From NCBI GenBank assembly GCA_964016885.1, contig OZ024743.1, positions 150,164,001 through 150,228,000 on the forward strand: DNA of 64,000 nt, given 5' to 3'. A model generated the notes under the pieces. That model was not told where the DNA came from, ran no database searches, and was given only the letters and a program-made list of their open reading frames with translations. Source of the DNA: Eledone cirrhosa (Eukaryota). Made by a program: the position numbers and the translations under genes. This document shows, in pieces, positions 1 through 13,600 of the stretch (positions within the stretch are counted from its first letter, which is position 1; each line of letters opens with the position of its first letter).

Positions 1-29
1 TATATATAAATATATATATATATAAACAT

Positions 30-94
<65 letters not shown>

Positions 95-116
95 AACATA
101 TATATATAAATATATA
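1..116. repeat. (TA)n microsatellite with TAAA/TAAAC variants
   Basis: Directly visible dinucleotide repeat. Confidence 0.95.
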
Positions 117-167
117 TAAAATAAAGTTAAATAAAAGTCAAATGATTAAAATTTAGCTTCGTTTATT

Positions 168-222
168 ACTGCTATATATATTTCAGTGACTGCCATCTTT
201 GGCTGTGACCTCTTCAGGCAGT
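168..222 (-). ncRNA. Minimal type I hammerhead ribozyme motif (mirror copy)
   Basis: Reverse complement of 362-416 with one extra stem II mismatch. Confidence 0.75.
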
Positions 223-361
223 TTGAATTAGTATGGTATAGACAAGTACATATGTTGTTTTGGTGTATGATATTGTCAATACCATATTGATAATATCATA
301 GGTATTGACAATATCATACACCTAAACAACATATGTACTTGTCTATACCATACTAATTCAA

Positions 362-416
362 ACTGCCTGAAGAGGTCACAGCCAAAGATGGCTGTCACTG
401 AAATATATATAGCAGT
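362..416 (+). ncRNA. Minimal type I hammerhead ribozyme motif
   Basis: Stem I ACTGC/GCAGT; core CTGAAGA (367-373); stem II 374-399; GAAA (400-403); short palindromic stem III TATATA; cleavage triplet AUA (409-411). Confidence 0.8.
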
Positions 417-570
417 AATAAACGAAGCTAAATTTTAATCATTTGACTTTTATTTAACTTTATTTTACACTACTCCGGAGTAACCAAACGAACCTGCGCA
501 CTTCTTCGAGTGCTCCAGCCTGCATACTGAGGTGTTGGTATACAACCAACATAAACTCAAAATCTATAAA

Positions 571-947
571 TATATATATATATAAACATATATATATAAA
601 CATATATATATAAACATATATATATAAACATATATATATATAAACATATATATATAAACATATATATATATATAAACATATATATATAAACATATATATA
701 TAAACATATATATATAAACATATATATATAAACATGTATATATAAACATATATATATATACACATATATATATACACATATATATATACATATATATATA
801 TATAAATATATATATATATAAACATATGTATATATAAACATATATATATAAACATATATATATAAACATATATATATAAACATATATATATATACATATA
901 TATATACATATATATATACATATATATATACATATATATATATATAC

Positions 948-994
<47 letters not shown>

Positions 995-1017
995 CATATA
1001 TATATACCTATATATAT
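571..1017. repeat. Compound (TA)n microsatellite with TAAAC then TAC variant blocks
   Basis: Directly visible. Confidence 0.95.
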
Positions 1018-1672
1018 TACTCTTTTACTCTTTTACTCTTTTACCTGTTTCAGCCATCCGGCTGAGGCCATGCTGGGGCACCGCCCTTGTTGCTACACAT
1101 TTTATCTCCAGCCTGTATAGGTTGGCCACTGGTGTAGGAGGGAGTTTGTTGCTGCTGCCCTTAGGTTTCCCTCGTGTCTTGCTGTGGGCTCATCCGGGAT
1201 CCTGGATAACAAGGTGTCGAGATGTTTCTTAAAGACATCCACCTCCATGTCATGCAAGTCTCTCAGATGCCTCGGCAGCCTGTTGAAGAGTTGAGGGCCT
1301 TTGAATCCCAGGCTATTGCAATACCTGCTCCTTATTCTAGATGTGGAAGACGGGACCTTTGGCACCACACAGTGACGTCCTGTTCGACGGTTGGTCCAGC
1401 TCCCAATGCCAAAGTTTGGTGCTAGTCCCTCCAGGATTTTCCACATGTAGATCACTGCGTATCTCTCCCGTCTTCGCTCCAAGGAGTAGAGGTTCAGTTC
1501 CTTCAGCCTCTCCCAGTAGCTTGTCTCCCTCATCTTGGCAATCCTCTTGGTGTAGCTTCGCTGGATTGCCTCAAGTTCCGTGGTTAGTTTGACACTATGG
1601 GGTGACCACAGCTGGGAGCAGTAGTCCAGGCGGCTTAGGACAAAAGTCCTCCACAGTGTCAACATGGTGTCT
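1018..1672 (-). mobile_element. CR1-like LINE 3' fragment (RT C-terminal region, 3' UTR, (TAAAAGAG)n tail)
   Basis: ORF 1102-1665 has [12 protein letters not shown] and LYSLERRRERY, typical of CR1-group ORF2 C-termini; tandem tail at 1018-1045; 5'-truncated into a (TA)n array. Confidence 0.88.
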
Positions 1673-3673
<2,001 letters not shown>

Positions 3674-3769
3674 TATTAATTACTCTGGAAAATATTTTAT
3701 TGTAGAGTGCTGCCAATCTACTGTAAAACTTATTCCTTGATGTAATCATTGAATCTTGTTTAACTCTTT

Positions 3770-3808
3770 AATATATATATATATATATATACACATATAT
3801 ATATATAA

Positions 3809-3890
<82 letters not shown>
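3770..3890. repeat. (TA)n microsatellite
   Basis: Directly visible. Confidence 0.95.
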
Positions 3891-3892
<2 letters not shown>

Positions 3893-4112
3893 CGTTTCTG
3901 AATTTGTTTAGCAAGATTCTTTATCTGAAATCGTGTGTTGAAACCGATATTGTTATACTTTGGGAGGGTCATGTTGCCAATAAGAAACACACGCACCAGT
4001 TGCTTTCACTTCAATTTATTATATATTTATAAATTTATAAATTTACAAATCTACAAACTTATAAATTTCTGGTTGGTTGGTTGGTTCCACAACCAGATAG
4101 TTGTTTATATAT

Positions 4113-4157
4113 AGTCATAGTCCTTTCGTCACACACTCTGTGACCTCTTCAGTGACT
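4113..4157 (-). ncRNA. Minimal type I hammerhead ribozyme motif in inverted pLTR
   Basis: Minus strand reads AGTCA CTGAAGA G GTCACA GAGTG TGTGAC GAAA GGAC TA TGACT. Confidence 0.7.
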
Positions 4158-4262
4158 GGGGATTCCGTTCTTTGTTTCTGTGCCTTTCCTTTCTTCTGTC
4201 CTACGCCATTTTGTTTCTGTGTGTGTGTTGTGTGCTCAGTTTGCGCATGCGCCACATCCGGT

Positions 4263-4503
4263 ATAGGGGAACGAATAAATGAACACTGGCGAGACCTTCA
4301 AGATAATAAAGAATCATCTGTGCTCTACCAACATGCTAAGATAGAGCACAAGGGTAAATTAGAGAACATAGAAATAAAAATAGAATCCACACAGAAAAGA
4401 TGCAATGTTTAGGCAAATTACAGATGCAGTAAGCATAAAAGAATTACAACCAAAATTAAATAGAAAATATGAGTGGAACAGCAACATCACAACTTACAAT
4501 TAA
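4263..4503 (+). pseudogene. PLE GIY-YIG endonuclease C-terminal fragment (frameshifted)
   Basis: Reads IGERINEHWRDLQDNKESSVLYQHAKIEH..., frameshift near 4390, then KDAMFRQITDAVSIKELQPKLNRKYEW. Fits the R..EH...S.L..H...H...R.I.EA..I....P.LN pattern, with D at the conserved E position. Confidence 0.82.
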
Positions 4504-4719
4504 GGACAAAATGAAAACACACACACACATAGAACAAACAACCAACCAACTACATATAAATAAATAAATAAATAAATAAACAAATAGATAAATGAACACA
4601 AACACACACAGACACCCGGATGTGGCGCATGCGCAAACTGAGCACACAACACACACACAGAAACAAAATGGCGTAGGACAGAAGAAAGGAAAGGCACAGA
4701 AACAAAGAAAGGAATCCCC

Positions 4720-4764
4720 AGTCACTGAAGAGGTCACAGAGTGTGTGCCGAAAGGACTATGACT
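4720..4764 (+). ncRNA. Minimal type I hammerhead ribozyme motif in pLTR
   Basis: AGTCA CTGAAGA GGTCACAGAGTGTGTGCC GAAA GGAC TA TGACT. Confidence 0.72.
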
Positions 4765-4930
4765 ATATATAAACAACTATCTGGTTGTGGAACCAACCAA
4801 CCAACCAGAAATTTATAAGTTTGTAGATTTGTAAATTTATAAATTTATAAATATATAATAAATTGAAGTGAAAGCAACTGGTGCGTGTGTTTCTTATTGG
4901 CAACATGACCCTCCCAAAGTATAACAATAT

Positions 4931-5134
4931 ATATATATATATACACATATATATATATATACACATATACATATATATACACATATACATATATATACAC
5001 ATATACATATATATATATATACACATATAGATATATATACATATACACACACACATATAGATATATATACATATACACACACACATATAGATATATATAC
5101 ATATACACACACACATATACATATATATACATAT

Positions 5135-5166
<32 letters not shown>
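4931..5166. repeat. (TA)/(CA) compound microsatellite with a ~30-bp higher-order unit
   Basis: Repeated ATATATATACATATACACACACACATATAG units. Confidence 0.9.
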
Positions 5167-5870
5167 TTAAGTAGGTTACTTTTCTAAATTTGAATCTAAT
5201 AAAAGGGAAATTTCTCATTTTACACAAGACAAGATGTCCATGTTCCTCTATACATAGTTTTGTAATATTAGAGCAGCATACTGTTTTCTCATAATGGCTT
5301 GGGTTAGGTGGATCTTTACATTTAGGCTGTCATTTTAATTATTACAGCAGATGTGGTTTCACAACTTTATAAATACGTAACAGTTACTAGGCATGAATTT
5401 ATGTAATACCTTGAAACCTAAGCTTTGTACAACAATTATTGTTAAATCTTTCTGTTTGACATTATTTGTAACAGAAACAATAATTTCTGCCAAATTAGTA
5501 AAGTTTTCAAAGATTTAAGACTGCTGCTATTAAAACGCTACCTATTTATGATGTGCGTGTGTGTGTGTGCATTACAGTTTATCAATAAATAAGATAAGCT
5601 GTTTATTTTTCATGCTTAAATTCCTGAAATAGATTGCATGAATAATATTATTTGATTTAGAACTGTTTGCTATAAGTTTATATGTATATTTTCTATTCAT
5701 CAATAATATTTCTAAAAATTTTTGAAGTTTTCAGCTCTGTGACTTGTACCTATACAATTAACTTCTTAATTTTCAGCAAATCATATATGTTGTTTATGCA
5801 ATTTTATTAATTTCAGGTCTGTAATATTTCACATCACTGTTTATTTCTATCATATATTTCCCCACTCTGC

Positions 5871-6016
<146 letters not shown>

Positions 6017-6673
6017 TTACACATTTAATGTAAATCAAGGAAATAATTCAACTGGCACCATTTCCAAATTAAGAATTCTATATATTAAATCTGTAGGCAT
6101 CAAAATGTCAATCAATTTCCATACAAAAACTGAAAATCAATCGTGTCACTAGGGAAATTTGTGAAGAATAGAAACAAAATTCTAAACCAATCCCAAATTG
6201 TCAAACTGGATTATACAAAATTTACTTGTATGGAAAGCGTTTTTCATCCTTCTTTGATTATGAATCTTGTCAACTTAGCATTATAGCAATTATTGCAGCT
6301 TCAAAGTATGGTCCTATAAGTTGTCTACTGTTGAGAAAGTGTGAGGGTAACTGCAGGCTAGAAAACTGTGGGAATGCCTTGCCACATTTTGGGTACAATC
6401 ATTTGTATGGCATCAATGAAACAGGGTATTTACAAAAGGCAGCTATGTCCAATGGAATTACACTTGTTCTGAAAACATCAAGAAATGCCAGACTTTCAAA
6501 CGCCAACCAATCAAATTGGTAATGTCAACCTTGTTTTCTGTTTCCACTGCCTTCAGCAAAGGCATCAAGTTTTTTTTTACTTTTCAATCTTTTTTTCTAT
6601 ATATATATATCATTCAAATGCCAGCAGCTTTTTCTTGGTTTAATTATTCTTCCGTGTAACAATAAGAATGTCA

Positions 6674-6709
6674 CTAACAGGTGAATTTTATTTTTTTTGT
6701 CTCACTTAG
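6674..6709 (+). promoter_or_regulatory. Branch point, polypyrimidine tract and 3' splice acceptor
   Basis: CTAAC at 6674-6678, T-rich tract, TTAG ending at 6709 immediately before the in-frame GTG TTT ACA. Confidence 0.8.
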
Positions 6710-7660
6710 GTGTTTACAACCAAATCGGACATGCTGATCCACTGCCAACAAATACACAAGCAGGATCCGAAGCCGTACAAGTGTCCCACATGTTTGAAGT
6801 GCTTTGCCAACTCATCATATTTGTCTCAGCATGCGCGTATCCACTCAGGCATCAAGCCATACCGCTGTGAGATCTGTGAGCGTAAGTTCACTCAGCTGTC
6901 CCACCTGCAACAACATATCCGCACCCACACTGGGGAGAAGCCATACAAATGCTTACACCCGGGATGTGGCAAGGCATTCTCACAGCTCTCCAACCTGCAG
7001 TCACACTCACGCTCTCACATGACTGACAAGCCATACCGCTGCAATTCCTGCTATAAATGTTACGCTGACGAGGCAAGTTTGCGGGAGCATATCCCGAAAC
7101 ATTCGGACACAAAACATTTAAAAACACATATATGTCGTATATGTGGGAAATCCTATACTCAAGAGACTTATTTAACAAGACATATGGCCAAACATTCACA
7201 GGACAGCTCCAATAAAATTTCTCCTCGTCCTGTTATCAAGCAAGAGCCAGACCATTCCAGTGAAGAATATGGAAGATCAGATCGACAGCCTGATAACTCT
7301 ACAGGTTCTTGTGGGAAAGTTTCTTCAGCCTTCATGCCGATTCCCCACCAGTTTGGCAGTCCTGTACCCAGCAGCACAACAGCTTCCACATACCCATATG
7401 GCTCAAGTTTAGGGGCCAATAGTTTAAATTCCCCTTTGCCCCATATTTCATCAATGACTTCTCCACGTTACTTTCCTTATGATCCATTAGGATTTCGTAA
7501 ATCTGACCCTCCAGAAAGGAATTTGAATGTGGGCATGTCTTCAAGAGACAGTATGCTTGCTAATAGCCTACTCAGTTTACAACATATAAAAAACTATGCA
7601 TCTCAACAGATGCCATCGTTTACACCAACCTGTTCCGGTGGAGGCTCAAGACTAACATGA
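6710..7660 (+). CDS. Terminal coding exon of a LIN-29/Rotund/Squeeze (ZNF384/ZNF362-like) C2H2 zinc-finger transcription factor
   Basis: Second half of one finger plus five complete C2H2 fingers, with family-diagnostic FANSSYLSQH, KFTQLSHLQQH, AFSQLSNLQSHSR and GKSYTQETYL. S/P-rich tail ends at TGA 7658-7660. The exon starts mid-finger after an acceptor, so upstream exons lie outside the window or were not recognised. Confidence 0.95.
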   Translation: MFTTKSDMLIHCQQIHKQDPKPYKCPTCLKCFANSSYLSQHARIHSGIKPYRCEICERKFTQLSHLQQHIRTHTGEKPYKCLHPGCGKAFSQLSNLQSHSRSHMTDKPYRCNSCYKCYADEASLREHIPKHSDTKHLKTHICRICGKSYTQETYLTRHMAKHSQDSSNKISPRPVIKQEPDHSSEEYGRSDRQPDNSTGSCGKVSSAFMPIPHQFGSPVPSSTTASTYPYGSSLGANSLNSPLPHISSMTSPRYFPYDPLGFRKSDPPERNLNVGMSSRDSMLANSLLSLQHIKNYASQQMPSFTPTCSGGGSRLT

Positions 7661-10600
7661 TTCAAAAAGGGCTCTTAGAAATTTCTGTGAAATTCTCTGA
7701 GGACTGCCAAGGCCTTGTCATTGGAAAATATGAACAAAAAAGGAAAAGGAAAGAACAAACATTTTGAATTACTTTAAAAATATTATATATATGTATATAC
7801 ACACACACATACACACATGCATATATATATTTATATATATAAATATATATATATATAATATCAAAAATACTTAAACATGATGATGAGTTTGATTGTAAAA
7901 AGAAAATAATGGTGTAACAACAAAAGGTTTTTGAGAATTACAAACTTAAATGATCACTTGTTATTTGAGAAAGAAGTTTGGGGATATTTATCTGAAATAA
8001 AAAAAAAACTTGCTGGCCAAACCCCCTTTAATATATTTACAATTATTATTAATACTACCAATTCACCACTACTACTACTGTTCTCATCAAAATCCTTATA
8101 GGATTTTTTATATTATAATGGAGAAATGGCGCCGGTCTTTCAATTAAAAAGTTTTACAAAAAGAATTATAATAAAATGCCAGAAAAAGAAAAGATATTGC
8201 AAACAAGCCAGAAGTTTATCCCAGCAGCACATGTATGACAAGAGGAGATGATGAATAATCCTGCATTCATAATGTTCAATATTTATTCTTCTGTGATGAC
8301 TTTTTTTTATTTTGTTTTTGTTTTAGTGTTGTTTTGTTACAGGTCATCTTTTAGTTATTTATATTTTTTTAACAACACACCGCCTGATTTCCAACATATC
8401 ACAATTAAATTCGATGTGTCATTTAGAATATATTGTATGTATGTGTGAGTGTATGTCTTTCTCTTACTGGACACATAGATATACCATACCTGGGTTTCAT
8501 GTACCATTTTAGTGAAATGCTTTAGTATGGTCTTTCATAAGAATTTCCGTGAATTTGACAGATTTTCAGCTAGTAGTTGAAATGGTGTCTGGTTGGAACA
8601 CCACTTATCATATCTAGCTGTTACATCTTCAATTCAATTTCTATTCCTTTAACAATTCTTAAGATGGTTCACTTTCAAAACCTGTTCATTATATCATTCA
8701 CTTAAAATATCTGTCTGCAGAGGTGAAAATGATATGCTTAAACATATTATGAAACAAAAACTGATATTGCATTTAAAACTAATTTCTATTTCTTTTATTT
8801 ATTTATTTTTTTTTTATAAATCAAAGATGAACTTTAAAATTTCACTATTTTAAAGTTAACATAAGATTAAATTTCTGTTTTGAAATTTAGTCATAAATCA
8901 GATGCTTAACTTTCAAATGTGAATTCTTAATGCTTGTTTCACCAATCAGTTATTTGAAATTCTTGAACAATACAAGCAGCAAAAAAAAACAAAAAACAAA
9001 AAAAAAACAGGAAATATCCATCTAAAAATATTATTTCCACACTAGAGGCTTAAAATATTTTACTTTAAATGGTGGTTCAAGTTTGATGAAGCCTATCATT
9101 CATTATGCCTATCATACCTTTACTGATGTAGCAGACAATGACAAGAACTCACTGGTCCCAGCATATCAAATCATGAATACTTTATTTGAAGCAAATTTGA
9201 AACTGTCATATTTTTATTCATCTCATCCAATTTGAATATGGAGAAAATTCAATTTTCCATAGTTAAGAATTTGATTGATGTGTTTAAACATTCATTATAT
9301 TTATAAATTCCTAATTAAATAAGTTGTTGGTCAGAATTTATGAAATAATCAATCTAAATGCTGATTCAATATTTTCATAGGCTCTTATACTATTTGGGAA
9401 AGGAATGTGAAAGATTTTATTTAAATTTTGTTTTTATTTCCTACATATACACTTCTCTAAATTATCTAAAACAAACCAAAGCAAGTCCTAATGTAATATT
9501 AAAGTCATGTCAACAATAATGTAGCTGCATAAGGAAATGGATATGTTTAGGGCTTCTTTCAAGAAATGCCATATCATAAAAGATCTTCCAGCAAAGCATG
9601 TTTAGGTCTTAGAAAATATTAATTAAAACATCTACAACTAAGCTAAAATATAAACTGTAATGCTAATTTTAAGACTCCCTGGGACCACTTCAAATATTAT
9701 TAAGTGATCTTCACATTTCCAAAAATGTACTTTATTCAAAAACAGGTTTCAATTTAGATTATACAAATGTATTTCCTACTTATTTTTATTTATATTATTA
9801 TAAGAGCACCACTTAGTATGATACATTGCATCAAAGCATTTATCAGTAGGAATTTATCAGTATTGTTTTCTGAGTTAGAATCAAAATTAATATGAATTCA
9901 AATTGATTTCCATTTTATTTGTAATATTTCAGAATTGAAATCTGTATTTAAATATTAATTAATTAATAATTTTGTTTAATAGTTAATTACTTTCATATAC
10001 TAGAACATACATTTTATAAACTTAATGGCAGAATATAATAATTTCTAAGTTAATGCACTATATGTCCATTTCTTAACAATATAACATAATTATACTTATG
10101 TTTATGTTTATTTTTAAGAATTTGTATATTAACTTAACTCCAAGGTTTTTTATAAAAGTTTTTCTATGTTTAAATGTAATTATCAAAAAAAATGGACGCT
10201 GAACTGTTTTTCATAAATTTAATTTCGTTTTGTATATTATTAAGTAAAACTTTCATTGTATTTGAAAGTTTGTTTCTTAAAATTATGTAAGTATATTCAT
10301 ATTTTTATAATAATGATTTAAAACCCTAAGAAATGAAATTATTATATATTTATCAATTTTATAGTATTTCAAGGAAAAGTGCTTACAAATGCTTTACACT
10401 TATGATAGAGTTTATTTTAGTTTTATCAAATTAGTAATATTGTTTTTATTAAATCACTATTTTCATTACATCATTACTGATATCTACCTCTTGTAAATAT
10501 AGAAATCTGCCAACATTTTGGTAGGAATCCTGCATACTTTGTAGTAATAATAATTATACCCCACTTTGGTGTTTATTGCATGTCACAAATCCACTAAAGT

Positions 10601-13600
10601 TTATAAAATTATAACTATATACAAAAGCAACTAAATCTCTCATTCACAGTATTAAAATCTCATTCTATATATTTATATATACACATTAAAACCTAAATTG
10701 GTTAGGGTTAAAAAACAATAAGTTTTTATTTGTTTATTTTGAAATTATGTAGTTAACTGTTTTCTAGTTGTAATTCAACTCATAGATAATTTCCTGTTTA
10801 ATAATTGCAGGTGAAGAAAAGCAGTTACATTGACAATTTCTGTTTATAAATATACAGTCAGTTGTTAATTATGAAAACAACAGTTATTTTATTACATTAT
10901 TATTTCACATAAGAATAAAATTACTTCTCTCTTATCACTGCCATTTCACCTCGATCTAATTAGAATTATCATCATAATATCTTCATTGAAATAAATCTGA
11001 GTTCAATGGCCTATCTGATCATAAAACAACAATTACATCAAAACAGACACCATTTAATATAAGCCCTAAATGATAGATTTTAACGTATATATATGAATTT
11101 ATATGTGCGTGCATATACACATATATATTGTATATAACAGCTGTACACACATATTTGAGAAAGCATATATTTTCCTGGATGAATAACATGCCTACATATA
11201 TTCATAATATACACTCAATTACATATAAACTCTGATAGAGGCTAAAATTGAAGGACCATTATTGTTCCAAACTGCTCACATGAAAGTAATTGATATAAAT
11301 GCTTGTGTGTTTGTGTGTTACTTATTTATTTTTCCATTGTACTATTCCCCATTGTATGCTGAGAGTGTAAACTTTATAATGTTGAATGCTAGGTAAGGTA
11401 GTTACTCAATTCATCCTTATTGCCACAGCACCCTGTTTCTATGTGTACAAGATGGTACTTGGTAATATAAATTATGTTTAGAGTCTTGCAGGTGCTGCTG
11501 CTGGCTAAACATTTAACAGGTAGTAAGTAACCCCCCACCATCATTAAAATCATAAATAATCATCATCATTATCATCATCATATCATCATCACTCATCAAT
11601 CTAACAGACAGCTCAACGACTGACCACCACCAGGCATAACAACTCAATCGAAACAAGTTATTCATAATCACAGTGTTGTTATCCTGAATTTGGTTTTCAT
11701 GACAAATGTCTACATTGTACATCTAACGATACATTTTTGTATCCCACTGTTTTACTGTCATATTTATTGTGTACAAATTGTTGTTTCATACTAGTTATCT
11801 GTGTACATTTGGTAGGTATTCTTGCTACAATCCTCAACTGTTGAGCTCTAGATGTTTATGTTGGGACTACTGAAATGTCATTATTTTTTTTAATATTTAA
11901 TTCTTTTGTTTTCTAACACCTCCCCACAACACATTTAGCCAATTTCTCAAACTATACATTGGACCAGATCTACAGGTAGATCTACTCAATGTTCAATGTT
12001 CTAAATTAAGCCACAATTACCACCACACTCACATGTGGCTGTCTTATATTGTTTGACTAATGTTTTAGATATAGTTGTAACTTGTGTCTCTTAAATAGCC
12101 ACCAACTCTGATATCTCTTATTTGTCATGGTAACAACACCAGAGAGAGTGAATAAACTTGATTGTTGCTTAGCTGGACTGAATACCTCATATCCATAATA
12201 TTTTGCATATTATGGTACTTTGTAAAACGGTGATTTGCTTAATATCTGGATAGTCTTGAAATACTAACATTAGATAGTGCTAACTTCCAAAAGGTATATA
12301 GTTTATATTATTTCAGATTAAAATAAGGTGAATAACTGAGATTCTATTATTTTCTTTCTTGCATCATTTGACCCTAACATATCAGTCTCTCTGGTGTAAT
12401 ACATGCACTAAAGCTTTTTAGACATTATACAACTGAAATAGATTATAAGTTCAGTGGATAAATTGGCCAGAAGGACTGTTTGTGGCTCATTTTATCTAAA
12501 TCTACTAATTCCAAATTATTTTGTAGGGTGGGAGTCGAGTAAATAAATTCAAAAGGGACAAACTTATTAACTTTTTCCAAAACAAAAAAGAGAAAAATTT
12601 GCAGTATTTTCTGCCATTTATGAAAATTCAAATTGAATCCTGCTCTGCCAATGCAGAGTTATTCTAAACTGCTGTAAATTCAATTGAGTCTCTAGAATAA
12701 TTTATGTTGTTTTTATTCATCAAAGTTTTACATCCTTTCTCCCACCCCATCCCAATCTTTTATGACTATTTTTCATTCTTCCTCCACCTAAACTCTATTC
12801 TTTTGAAATAGCTATCTTCTGTCTTTTAATCTGAAAGTGCTGAAACACCTGTATGAAAATCCTTTGTTGTCTGAACTTTATGAAGCTCGAAATACTGTGA
12901 CAATAGTAAGCTCTTTACACAACGCAAACATTTAAGTTATACTGTAGTTCTACCAACAAATAAAATATTTTAAAAAGTCTAGTAAATTTCTTTTATGGTA
13001 ATTTTTTTTATCTAATCTAACATTTAAAATGTCCCATCTTATATCTGGCTGGGAATCAAGCTCAGCATTTCTCTCCTCTCTATGAGGCAGCAACAAAATA
13101 GAAAAAGCCAAAGAAGCAACCATCCTTAATGTTTACTTTCTTTTTTTCTTTCTTTTTTTTTTTTTTAAATCTGGTTGTTATACTGATGTGTGCATGTATA
13201 GAAGCTGTAACAATCTGCCAAGTCCTGTGCTAAAATATTTCTTATGAAATAAATGTATAATTACTGACATACATTTTTGAAAATTCTTTTGAATTTAAAT
13301 CTTATTATACTGGACATTGTTTGTATTGTTTTTTTTAAGACAGCTATATTTGAGGATTCAGAAATATTACATGGAACAGTAAGAACTATGGAAAAATAGC
13401 ACTATGAAGTTAATTGTAATAATAAAAAAAATAATGCTACATGTTATTGAAATTGTCTCTCAAGTAAATAATAAAATAAATTCAAATTGTCAACTGACTC
13501 TCCTGTGTTACAATTGGCAGTGTTCAATAGTACCAAAATGAGCATCATTTTCATAAGAAACAAATTAGCTACAAGATTCCCCAAAACATTGGCAGGTCTT

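Larger units (their letters stand above)
117..570 (+). mobile_element. Non-coding Penelope-like (PLE) pseudo-LTR remnant forming a ~167-bp inverted repeat (117-283 / 301-467) plus a 3' extension
   Basis: Near-perfect inverted arms with a 17-nt spacer; each arm carries a minimal hammerhead motif; flanked by (TA)n. PLE assignment is inferred from the hammerhead plus inverted pLTR architecture. Confidence 0.75.
3891..4930 (+). mobile_element. 5'-truncated Penelope-like element: inverted pLTR (3891-4261), GIY-YIG endonuclease C-terminus, then pLTR (4616-4930)
   Basis: 315-bp inverted arms (3947-4261 / 4616-4930) bracket an endonuclease-like coding fragment; both arms carry a hammerhead motif. 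Confidence 0.88.

Noticed and set aside
4456-4776. Cys-rich hydrophobic ORF repeated at 4101 and 60425
   Set aside because: Antisense reading of the low-complexity PLE pLTR; no evidence of coding selection.
6679-6680. Alternative AG acceptor 29 nt upstream of the exon
   Set aside because: It immediately follows the branch point, lacks a pyrimidine tract and would be out of frame.
6710-6712. GTG as a start codon for the zinc-finger ORF
   Set aside because: It directly follows a splice acceptor and starts mid-finger; it is an internal Val codon.
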